A model generated the notes under the pieces. That model was not told the DNA's origin, did no database searches, and saw only the letters and a program-made list of their open reading frames with translations. Below are positions 1 to 8,164 of a stretch of 64,000 nucleotides of DNA, piece after piece. This stretch comes from a virus, in the IMG/VR virus record IMGVR_UViG_3300022689_000474, positions 32,001 to 96,000 of that record, one strand, 5' to 3'. The translations under genes were made by a program, and so were the position numbers. Position 1 is the stretch's first letter; the number at the start of each line of letters is the position of its first letter.

Positions 1-239
1 AAATCACAAGTTAAAGTATAACCGGCAGTACATAGACCTACATGTATAGCTACACTCATATTGCATGCAAATACTGTAGCACTAGGAGTAGCTAAGAATC
101 CTGCATAACATGAATCAGTTAGCCTACTAATAGGTTTACCATGAGAATATACAAACCAACATCCCATATATACTGGTCCAGTACCAGAATATGGATATGT
201 TGCTACAGTTAAATCACCTACTCTCATTGGATGTGGCAT
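1..239 (-). CDS. PAAR-like spike-tip protein (partial, runs off the window start; absent from ORF track)
   Basis: Manual translation from ATG at 239: MPHPMRVGDLTVATYPYSGTGPVYMGCWFVYSHGKPISRLTDSCYAGFLATPSATVFACNMSVAIHVGLCTAGYTLTCD. RVGD, GKPISRLTDSC and SATVF segments with Cys/His match the PAAR repeat pattern. Confidence 0.7.
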   Translation of the reverse strand, partial: MPHPMRVGDLTVATYPYSGTGPVYMGCWFVYSHGKPISRLTDSCYAGFLATPSATVFACNMSVAIHVGLCTAGYTLTCD

Positions 240-645
240 ATAATTTATCTTCAAATTCTTTTATTTCTTCGTAAACTTTTTTCTTATCTAAAAAATCTTT
301 TATTATATCTTTTGGGTAAGTATCTTCCCATTCTTTTTTTCCCCATCCAAAAGGGCTTTCAAAAGAATCAATAATAAAAGGAGTACCATATGGATGAGAA
401 AATATAATAGGTCCATTAGTAAAACATTTAAAACCTTTTTCCTCATTTATAAGTATAAATATATTATGTATCTTTATTAAAATACCTTCTTGAGAATCAG
501 TAACTCTATCTAACCATACTTTAATAGATTTTAAATAATCATAATTCATTGAAGAATAGTTTTGTAAGTTGCTTAAATCTATTATTTCTATTTTTTTTAT
601 TATCTTCCAAGTAATCTTTAATATATCTATTATATTTCTTATCAT
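214..645 (-). CDS. hypothetical protein
   Basis: 143-aa ORF overlapping the PAAR-like start; no recognisable motif. Confidence 0.6.
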   Translation of the reverse strand: MIRNIIDILKITWKIIKKIEIIDLSNLQNYSSMNYDYLKSIKVWLDRVTDSQEGILIKIHNIFILINEEKGFKCFTNGPIIFSHPYGTPFIIDSFESPFGWGKKEWEDTYPKDIIKDFLDKKKVYEEIKEFEDKLYATSNESR

Positions 646-726
646 AATATTTTAAAGTATTTACCAAATGGTTCATGTTATTCATAATACATCACTTATT
701 ATCTACATGTATATATATTATATTTA

Positions 727-747
727 AAGCTTGGGTACCCCAAGCTT
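727..747. terminator. intergenic stem-loop, possible terminator for 797..1309(-)
   Basis: AAGCTTGGG-TAC-CCCAAGCTT, a perfect 9-bp stem in an AT-rich intergenic gap; U-tract is weak. Confidence 0.5.
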
Positions 748-796
748 AATTAATTAATTAATATATATTATAAGATATAAGATATACTTGATTTTA

Positions 797-1309
797 CTAT
801 GTAAGAGAGTTATATATAGGATTATTCTCCTGTATAGAAGGTACAAATTGATCTTCTGATTCTTTATCTATTTTTATTTGAGAAACATCTATAAGAATTC
901 CATCAGATCTAATATCACTAACCTCAGTATAAAAATGTTTACATTGATAATAAATAGGACTATATATATCTAACATTAAAGAATTTATGGAAGGATTTGT
1001 TTCTATATCAAACATTTTACCCTTTTCCAAATCCATAAGTTCATAGACAGAGGAACTAATTTCACCTCTATTTGTAAAGAATAAAGGGCCTAGTGGTTCC
1101 ATCATTCTAATACGACCTAATTTATTATAATCACTTTCTATACGGATTTTAGAGAATAGGTAGACTTTTTCTATTAAGACTCCATATACACTTATATTTA
1201 TCTTCCCATCTTTAGTCTTAGTGACTTTATTAATATCAGACCAGATACCTACCTTTCTAAAGGAATTATCATGTTTAACTAAAATTAATTTATCAATTAT
1301 TTTATTCAT
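797..1309 (-). CDS. hypothetical protein
   Basis: 170-aa ORF, no motif recognised. Confidence 0.65.
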   Translation of the reverse strand: MNKIIDKLILVKHDNSFRKVGIWSDINKVTKTKDGKINISVYGVLIEKVYLFSKIRIESDYNKLGRIRMMEPLGPLFFTNRGEISSSVYELMDLEKGKMFDIETNPSINSLMLDIYSPIYYQCKHFYTEVSDIRSDGILIDVSQIKIDKESEDQFVPSIQENNPIYNSLT

Positions 1310-1342
1310 ATTTACTCTTTTAGATTATATATATATATATAT

Positions 1343-2629
1343 ATGCATTATAACAATTTGGTCAATTTGGCACCTTTTAGTAGTATACTTGAGTATAGAC
1401 CTCAAGAGGATACTTTTTTTTATATAAGTGTGAGTAAGGGTTTAGAGGATTTTTATAATATCTCTTCAAAAGATTTTATTAATAAACCATTATATTTTTC
1501 AGTATCTAAAACTAGAGATATTGATATAGAAAAATGTCATGAAAAGTTTACTAATCTAATAATGACTTCTCTTCGTTATGGTTCTAGTATAGAGATATTA
1601 AAATTATCTACTTTCTTAAAAACTAAAAATAAAGAGAAGTTAGTATGTATTATTTCTTTAAGAATAAAAAATAATGTCTTATTAAACTTAGGATTTCCAA
1701 TATCTGAGTCTTTATTTTTAAAAAGTTCTACTAGGATTGATTTATTGAAAGATACTTTATCATCTATTCTAGATAATATAGATAGCAATATTATTATAAT
1801 AGATCAATCATTAAATATATTGTATGTAAACAGATATCTTAAAAATGATTATATGGATCATTCTTTCAAAGAGATAGTAGATGGTAATATATTCTCTGAT
1901 ATAAATAGATATATAGAAGATACAGTATCTATATATGACAAACCAAATATCTTTTGTAAAGAATACAATATAGATAATCTATCTTATAAGGTAAAAGTTA
2001 ATCCTATTTTGGAAGAAAGAGAATTAGTAAATATATTTATGATCATTATAGAAGACATTACAGAATATCAGAAATTAGTATTAAAAAGTAAAATATTACA
2101 AAAAGAGTTAGATATACAAAAAGATAAGATTGATATTATATTAAGAGGATATAAATCATCTAAAGAAGAGAGTATTAATGATAATCCCAATTTAGATTTA
2201 GTAAGAAGAATAACTACAGCTACAATAAAAGGTAAGGTGAAAAGTATAACTCCTATGGATCATCAACTTATTGGTATATTAAAAGATATAGAAGATATGA
2301 AGAAGGATCATGAAAGATTAATGAATAATATGTTAAATTCAGATGACAAGATATCTTCAAAAGTTTCAGAACTAGAATTATTTATAAATAAGACAGACCA
2401 TAATATTAAATCTATTGAGAAAGTTTTAAATAAATTGGAAAAAGAGATAGTATCTAGTGAAGACTTAACATTATTAAATGTATTATTAATGTCTCCTAAG
2501 AATCAACTGATAATTTTATTTATAATAATAATAATATCGGCGGTTTTATTAGAAGATATAGTTATAGAAAGAGTAAAAAATTATATATTAAATCCATCTT
2601 CTGTTATAGAAGAAATTCTAGAGGAATAG
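1343..2629 (+). CDS. PAS-domain protein with coiled coil and C-terminal transmembrane helix
   Basis: Clear PAS/PAC (LSSILDNIDSNIIIIDQSLNILYVN...YKVKVNPIL...FMIIIEDITEYQKL); probable N-terminal PAS (FFYISVSKGLEDFYNISSKDFINKP); heptad-rich segment; hydrophobic LIILFIIIIISAVLL near the C-terminus. No kinase or cyclase output domain. Confidence 0.75.
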   Translation: MHYNNLVNLAPFSSILEYRPQEDTFFYISVSKGLEDFYNISSKDFINKPLYFSVSKTRDIDIEKCHEKFTNLIMTSLRYGSSIEILKLSTFLKTKNKEKLVCIISLRIKNNVLLNLGFPISESLFLKSSTRIDLLKDTLSSILDNIDSNIIIIDQSLNILYVNRYLKNDYMDHSFKEIVDGNIFSDINRYIEDTVSIYDKPNIFCKEYNIDNLSYKVKVNPILEERELVNIFMIIIEDITEYQKLVLKSKILQKELDIQKDKIDIILRGYKSSKEESINDNPNLDLVRRITTATIKGKVKSITPMDHQLIGILKDIEDMKKDHERLMNNMLNSDDKISSKVSELELFINKTDHNIKSIEKVLNKLEKEIVSSEDLTLLNVLLMSPKNQLIILFIIIIISAVLLEDIVIERVKNYILNPSSVIEEILEE

Positions 2630-2969
2630 AAATTTCTTCTGTCTTATTTATAAAATCTTTCATTTTTTTATCTAATTTTAATTCCTTAGATAAAGAGTAT
2701 TTTACTCTTTTATTACTATTATGATTGGTTTTTAAAGATGGGTATTTAACTTTTAAGTAATTATCTAAAAGAATATATAATCCTTTTAATAATACTTCTT
2801 TCTCTGAGCATTGAAATTCTTCTGCTAATTTATCAATTACGAGTCTTTCTTTCTGTTGTAAACTAAGAATTATTTTTTCTTTATCTTTCTTTATTCTATA
2901 TTTATATATATTATCAATATAACTCTTATCATTATAAAATTTACTAAATTTTCTTATTTGTCTTTTCAT
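2604..2969 (-). CDS. small basic protein, possible ribbon-helix-helix DNA-binding protein
   Basis: KIILSLQQKERLVIDKLAEEFQCSEKEVLLKGLYILL fits the CopG/RHH strand-helix-helix pattern; start overlaps the DnaJ stop. Confidence 0.5.
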   Translation of the reverse strand: MKRQIRKFSKFYNDKSYIDNIYKYRIKKDKEKIILSLQQKERLVIDKLAEEFQCSEKEVLLKGLYILLDNYLKVKYPSLKTNHNSNKRVKYSLSKELKLDKKMKDFINKTEEISIPLEFLL

Positions 2970-4126
2970 ATAATATTACTCTTAGATAAATAATTTATCA
3001 TATCCATATGATTATCATTTAATACTTTATAATTTATATTTCGTAATTCTAATTGGAATTTATAAACATTTCCATTTTTATCTTTTATCTCTTTCTTTCC
3101 TAATTCACTATTAGGTTTAATATAAACTCTTATAGAAGGTTCTTGACCTCTTTGTATTATTTGTTCTTTACCTTTTATGAGTTCCATCAAAGATATCCTT
3201 ATAATACCTAAATCTTCTATTTTCTTTTTGTTTCTAGGTTTCTTCTTAGTATATTCTTCCTTTCTTTTATCATTATCTTTATAAGAAGCATCGGAATATG
3301 GGATAATTCTTATCACTAAATCTCCTGAGATGAAAAAGCCTTTATCTAGAGGGTTTAATTGAACTTCATCTCCTTTTCCTGGTAAAGTGATAAAGAAATC
3401 TTCCGATATATTAGTAGGCACTCTAACTCTTACATAAGTATTTATATTAATATATCCTTTACCAACACATTTACTACATATACTTGGAGAATCTATTACT
3501 CCTTGTCCTCCACAATATTTACAATTAACTATGACATGATTTGTAGGCGTTCTATCAATACCTGAACCTCCACATTTATCACACGTTTTACTTTCTTTAC
3601 CAGTACCAGAACATGAGGGACAGATGGTTCTCTTGATATAATATATCTGTTTATTAATAAATTGAGTATTTCTACCTTTATTTATATCTTCTTTAGTAAG
3701 TCTATAGTCTATATATTTATTAGGACCTTTTGCCTGATATTGAAAATCAAATGTGGTATTAAAATTATTATTCCTTCTACTATTAGTATATATCTCTTCC
3801 CAAAGAGTTTGACCAGTAGAAACGTCATATCCATGATTAGAGTTATAAGAGGTTTTATAACTTTTCTTCTTATTAGTAGTTTTGTAATAAGGATTATTTT
3901 TAGTATATTGATTAGATGAAGATGTTTGAGATTGAGTATATATCCCCTTATCTCTACATTCAATAATAAAGTTATAAGCTTCATTAATCATCGTGAATTT
4001 TTCTTTACCTTGTGGATTAATATCAGGATGATAAGTTTTAGCTAGTTTTCTATAAACTTTTTTTATTTCTTCAGTAGAAGTATTTGGATCTACTTTTAAT
4101 CTATTATAAGATTCTTCTAAATTCAT
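2966..4126 (-). CDS. dnaJ: DnaJ-family co-chaperone (J domain + zinc finger + C-terminal domain)
   Basis: J domain EIKKVYRKLAKTYHPDIN...FTMINEAY; four CxxCxGxG repeats (CPSCSGTG, CDKCGGSG, CKYCGGQG, CSKCVGKG); LPGKGD...GDLVIRI C-terminal motif. Confidence 0.92.
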   Translation of the reverse strand: MNLEESYNRLKVDPNTSTEEIKKVYRKLAKTYHPDINPQGKEKFTMINEAYNFIIECRDKGIYTQSQTSSSNQYTKNNPYYKTTNKKKSYKTSYNSNHGYDVSTGQTLWEEIYTNSRRNNNFNTTFDFQYQAKGPNKYIDYRLTKEDINKGRNTQFINKQIYYIKRTICPSCSGTGKESKTCDKCGGSGIDRTPTNHVIVNCKYCGGQGVIDSPSICSKCVGKGYININTYVRVRVPTNISEDFFITLPGKGDEVQLNPLDKGFFISGDLVIRIIPYSDASYKDNDKRKEEYTKKKPRNKKKIEDLGIIRISLMELIKGKEQIIQRGQEPSIRVYIKPNSELGKKEIKDKNGNVYKFQLELRNINYKVLNDNHMDMINYLSKSNII

Positions 4127-4161
4127 ATTTAAATAATTTAAATTAGTAAAGAATATAGTAA

Positions 4162-5652
4162 TCAGTCTTGATATGTAAAAGTATTTCGACTTCTCTTCTT
4201 ACTGATATACAAAGCTTTATCTGCATTTTCTATAGTCTTAGAGCAACCAGCACTTAGAGTTATAAAATTACTTATAGTAGATGTAGGGTGTACTATTTTC
4301 TTATCAGCTATTTTAGAACTTATTCTTTCGTATATAGAATTTAATATTTTAATATGATCTTTTTCTTTAACCTTTGGATCAATATTTATCACTATACAGA
4401 ATTCTTCTCCACCAACTCTAGCTGCAGCATCTTTCTTTTTAATAGTATTCTTTAAAGTCTTAGCTACTTCTATTATAATCTCATCTCCTCTTGGATGTCC
4501 ATAAGTATCATTTATAGCTTTAAACCAATCTATATCCAGCATCATATAATATATAATATCTTTACTAAAATAACTTAATTTCTTTATATACAATTCTAGA
4601 CCTCTTTTATTCATAATACCAGTCAAGGGGTCTGACATATATAATTTCTTAATTTTAATATATTTAAAAGAAAAATCACTTAATCTCTTAATAATATAAA
4701 ATAGTATTAAACCTGTAGAAGATAATAATATATTAAAATAGAAAGATATTATTACTGTAATACTAATCGATAAAAGTATAACTAAGAATGAATATTTAAA
4801 TATATTCTTAATAAGTAATGTACCTAAAGAAAATAATACAATTGTCGATGTATTACCCACTAATAAGTAATAGTTATTTCTTCTAGATAGTATTTCTATT
4901 GCATGTAATATAGTAGCGGGATATATACTATCATTTAATATCATAGGATTCTTTATATGTGTTGCCAATCCTGTTGCATCATATCCTATAATAACAACTT
5001 TATTATTTGTATCTCTCTCTATTTTATTACCTGATAATAGATAATCTAAATCATAGGTATTTATATTGGAAGGACTTTCGGGCCAAAGTAATATTATTTT
5101 TTTATACCTTTCATCTGTAAAGGCACCTAAATATGGAGATGCTTCTTCCAATATATTATTAGATGATATACTTTCTAAAGTAAGTAAAGCACCTCCAAGA
5201 GATATAGTAGAAAATACTCTTCTATAAAGGGGATTTTCAGTACTAATATTACTAAAACCTACAGCGCTGTAAGGAATAGAGGGGTCAGGATAAATTACAT
5301 AACCATTAGACCCAAGGACCATACTCATTATTATTCCTGATTGGTTCTCTATAGAAAATAGATCTAAAGGATCATCTTTTTTTTCACCAGAAAACAAGAC
5401 ATCAAAAATAAAATATTTAGCATCTATATTATTAATTGCTCGTGATAAAGTTTGTCTAGAAATAGGAAGTTCTTCTAGATTTTCAATATCTGAATCGGAT
5501 ATCAATACTAATGATAAAGAGTAAGTATCATAATCCTTAAACTTATTAAATATTAAATTTATAATATTTATTTCTATAGGATTGATCCAAAAACATAGAA
5601 AGAAAACAGTAATAAATGTTCCTATACTTTCTAGAATTTTACTCCTTACCAT
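4162..5652 (-). CDS. CHASE2-domain membrane diguanylate cyclase (GGDEF)
   Basis: N-terminal TM; CHASE2-like motifs (FIFDVLFS, KVVIIGYDATGLATHIKNP, PATILHA); about three TM helices; GGDEF domain DPLTGIMNKRG...LDIDWFKAINDTYGHPRGDE...ARVGGEEF...ADKALYISKKRSRN. Confidence 0.9.
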   Translation of the reverse strand: MVRSKILESIGTFITVFFLCFWINPIEINIINLIFNKFKDYDTYSLSLVLISDSDIENLEELPISRQTLSRAINNIDAKYFIFDVLFSGEKKDDPLDLFSIENQSGIIMSMVLGSNGYVIYPDPSIPYSAVGFSNISTENPLYRRVFSTISLGGALLTLESISSNNILEEASPYLGAFTDERYKKIILLWPESPSNINTYDLDYLLSGNKIERDTNNKVVIIGYDATGLATHIKNPMILNDSIYPATILHAIEILSRRNNYYLLVGNTSTIVLFSLGTLLIKNIFKYSFLVILLSISITVIISFYFNILLSSTGLILFYIIKRLSDFSFKYIKIKKLYMSDPLTGIMNKRGLELYIKKLSYFSKDIIYYMMLDIDWFKAINDTYGHPRGDEIIIEVAKTLKNTIKKKDAAARVGGEEFCIVINIDPKVKEKDHIKILNSIYERISSKIADKKIVHPTSTISNFITLSAGCSKTIENADKALYISKKRSRNTFTYQD

Positions 5653-5661
5653 TTTGTTTAT

Positions 5662-6150
5662 TTATAAAGGACAAGAAAGGCTTAAAGTATTTGATTCACC
5701 TTTATATATAATATTACTAGGAGAGGATAAATCTAAGATTATACTTTCAAAATTTAACATTCCATTCTTACTTATTTGTCTTCCTATTATAGTTAAGTTC
5801 TCATCGACATTATATTCTCCAAGAGGTTCAGTAATATTTGAATCTTCTAAGGTATTAATAGAAGCAGATCCGATGATAATATTATCATCTTTCAGTACAC
5901 CTTTAAAACAAAAGATATATGATTCATCAGTATCACTATAATATATACCTGTTACTAACTTTCCATCTATAATAATCTCTATTTCAGTATTACCTTTTGT
6001 AATTATATATTTACCATTACCTCTAAAACTTAAATTTTTAAGAATCTCTTCTGAGTTATCATATAATATTAAAGAATGAGATGTATCAATATTTCCTATT
6101 ATAGATATAAATAAAGTACAGAAGAATAAACTATATTTTAATATTCTCAT
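5662..6150 (-). CDS. small exported protein (signal peptide), unknown function
   Basis: MRILKYSLFFCTLFISIIGNIDTSHS signal-peptide-like start; beta-rich body with two Cys; 9-bp gaps to both neighbours. Confidence 0.7.
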   Translation of the reverse strand: MRILKYSLFFCTLFISIIGNIDTSHSLILYDNSEEILKNLSFRGNGKYIITKGNTEIEIIIDGKLVTGIYYSDTDESYIFCFKGVLKDDNIIIGSASINTLEDSNITEPLGEYNVDENLTIIGRQISKNGMLNFESIILDLSSPSNIIYKGESNTLSLSCPL

Positions 6151-6159
6151 AAGATTTAT

Positions 6160-6999
6160 TTAATTGATTTGAATAATATTATCAAAAGTTTCTGTATATC
6201 TATTATCTATTGATTTTAAAAAAGTATCATTAAGAGTATTGTTAGTTAGAACTATATCAAAGGTACCGTCTACAGAATCTCCAAATGTAAAAGAACCATT
6301 AGATCTTTTTATATAAAAGCCTCTTTTTAAGTATCCTTTTATTCTGATGTAAATATTATCACCTATAAAGATATATTTTATACTATATAGTCTTAAAGCC
6401 GCATCATAATTATCTATAGTAAAAGTATTAGATAACCTATAATCATCTTTATTTATTAAAGAACCTTCTCCTTGTTGAAGACGGTTGATAAATCTACCAT
6501 CAATAGATGAATTTATAACTTCACCTTCTGTAACAAGTATCATAGAATTACCTTCATCATCAACTAATAATTCAAATGCAGTACCCCTAACAGAAGTTAT
6601 ACTAGAGGGTGTTCTAAGATTAATTTCTTCATTAACCTTAACTCTTACTTGACCTAATTCTATATAGAGATTTCCAATATACTGCGGGTCAGTACTTCTT
6701 TCTATTTTAACTATAGAATTTTCTCTAACTAAAATATCATATTTACTATTATTTAAACTATCTATATATATATTAACAGAGCTATTTTCTAAACTTCTTA
6801 TCTCATTACCATACGAATCTATTTTAGTATTTGTACTAATCAAAGAATTATTAAGATAGACCCTACCAGATATATTATTAAGAAATAAGTATTCTTTAAA
6901 ATTTATAGCTTTTGCTGGTTCTATAAAAGAACCAAACAATAGAAAAATAGAGAATAATATTCTATATAGAAGTTTTATATTACAAATATTTTTTATCAT
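6160..6999 (-). CDS. exported FecR-domain protein
   Basis: Signal peptide ending PAKA; FecR signature LYIELGQVRVKV...LRTPSSITSVRGTAFELLVDDEGNSMILVTEGEV. Confidence 0.85.
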   Translation of the reverse strand: MIKNICNIKLLYRILFSIFLLFGSFIEPAKAINFKEYLFLNNISGRVYLNNSLISTNTKIDSYGNEIRSLENSSVNIYIDSLNNSKYDILVRENSIVKIERSTDPQYIGNLYIELGQVRVKVNEEINLRTPSSITSVRGTAFELLVDDEGNSMILVTEGEVINSSIDGRFINRLQQGEGSLINKDDYRLSNTFTIDNYDAALRLYSIKYIFIGDNIYIRIKGYLKRGFYIKRSNGSFTFGDSVDGTFDIVLTNNTLNDTFLKSIDNRYTETFDNIIQIN

Positions 7000-7057
7000 A
7001 AATATTTTTCTATCATAATAATAATGGATTAAAGTAAATTAAAGTAATTGAATACAT

Positions 7058-7555
7058 ATGACTAATTCAGCGAATATCGACTCTATTAGAGTAACTTATC
7101 CCCCTTTCAATTTACCTTCAGGAAGGAAAGTACAATTCAAGGTACTATCTTACAAAGAACGTAGATCTTTAGTCCAAAGTTTTAAGAATGATTCTGGATG
7201 TCTTTTGGAGGAATGGTTTGCCGCTTATTGTTTAGTAAAAGTAGATGATACTCCTGTAGCCAAAGATTGGGAAATAAATTCTAATTGGCCAGAAAGGATG
7301 GCAGGCTGGACTAGTAAAGATGTTATGTTTTATTGTAGAGTATTTGCTGATACAGAAATGTTATCAGAACAAGGAGATCAAGAGGCAAGAGAAGTGGCAA
7401 AAAAACTACTTGGGGAGGAGAGCAAAATGGAGGAGAAATCAGCTCAAGAATTGGAGGAGGTCCCATCACAGATATCAGATCTAATTACCTCTTCCCCTCC
7501 CGGATCTACTCAGAACAAAAGGAGAAATCTCAAAGTAAATACAACTGGAGCATAG
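7058..7555 (+). CDS. putative tail assembly chaperone (gpG-like, unshifted product)
   Basis: FNLPSGRKVQFKVLSYKERR start typical of myophage tail chaperones; in-frame A AAA AAA slippery heptamer at codons AKK (7399-7405). Confidence 0.65.
   Translation: MTNSANIDSIRVTYPPFNLPSGRKVQFKVLSYKERRSLVQSFKNDSGCLLEEWFAAYCLVKVDDTPVAKDWEINSNWPERMAGWTSKDVMFYCRVFADTEMLSEQGDQEAREVAKKLLGEESKMEEKSAQELEEVPSQISDLITSSPPGSTQNKRRNLKVNTTGA
7399..7405 (+). other. candidate -1 programmed ribosomal frameshift site
   Basis: GCA AAA AAA CTA in the frame of 7058; the -1 frame has no stop from 7351 to 8088 and is the frame of ORF 7603..8088. Confidence 0.75.
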
Positions 7556-8088
7556 GAAAATTAGTTCATGCATATGTAGCATCTAATAACTTAAGACTTT
7601 TTATGGAGTCGAGGAGTAATCATTTTTTCCTCGACCATCCATATATAGGTCTTATATCAAGTATAGCTTCTCCTAATTTCTCAAAGGGATATGGTTTTCT
7701 CTTCTATGATGTGACTTATATGATAAGTGGAGCAGGAAATATTATTAGATGGGAAAGATGTATCCCAAGAAATCCAGAAGAAATAATACATCTATCCTAT
7801 CTAAGAAATAGATTAGTTGATTCAGTATCAAAGAATATAAGACAGAAATTAGATCTAGATTCGTGGGTAAAGTTGAATGAAGTTATAAATCTACCATTAG
7901 TCCCAGGATTTAGTTATATGGACCTTGATGATTTCTTAAAGGTAGCTATTATAGAAACTGTAAATTCTTTAATAAGAGATTTAAATAAAAAGGAACAAGA
8001 GTTATATCAAAAGTTAATGCAATCTAGAAAGGATGAACAACCATATAGAAGTCCTATGGAAGGGGTACCGAAGCCAAACTTTAGGTAA
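7405..8088 (+). CDS. frameshift extension (gpT-like) of the tail chaperone; includes track ORF 7603..8088
   Basis: Manual -1 frame translation TTWGGEQNGGEISSRIGGGPITDIRSNYLFPSRIYSEQKEKSQSKYNWSIGKLVHAYVASNNLRLF continues into MESRSNHF...; fusion product 343 aa. Confidence 0.7.
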   Translation, partial: TTWGGEQNGGEISSRIGGGPITDIRSNYLFPSRIYSEQKEKSQSKYNWSIGKLVHAYVASNNLRLFMESRSNHFFLDHPYIGLISSIASPNFSKGYGFLFYDVTYMISGAGNIIRWERCIPRNPEEIIHLSYLRNRLVDSVSKNIRQKLDLDSWVKLNEVINLPLVPGFSYMDLDDFLKVAIIETVNSLIRDLNKKEQELYQKLMQSRKDEQPYRSPMEGVPKPNFR

Positions 8089-8164
8089 GAATATTTAATG
8101 AAGGATATGTTCTTATAAAAAGGTTATATGATATGTATCATAATATATCAAGTAGAATAAAAAT

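Noticed and set aside
6160-6999. Iron-citrate uptake regulation (fecIRA)
   Set aside because: No ECF sigma factor or TonB-dependent receptor is nearby, and the protein has a cleavable-looking signal peptide instead of a cytoplasmic anti-sigma domain.
7029-7048. TTAAAGTAA direct repeat in the divergent promoter gap as an operator
   Set aside because: Two short AT-rich copies are within chance expectation; no further copies were confirmed.
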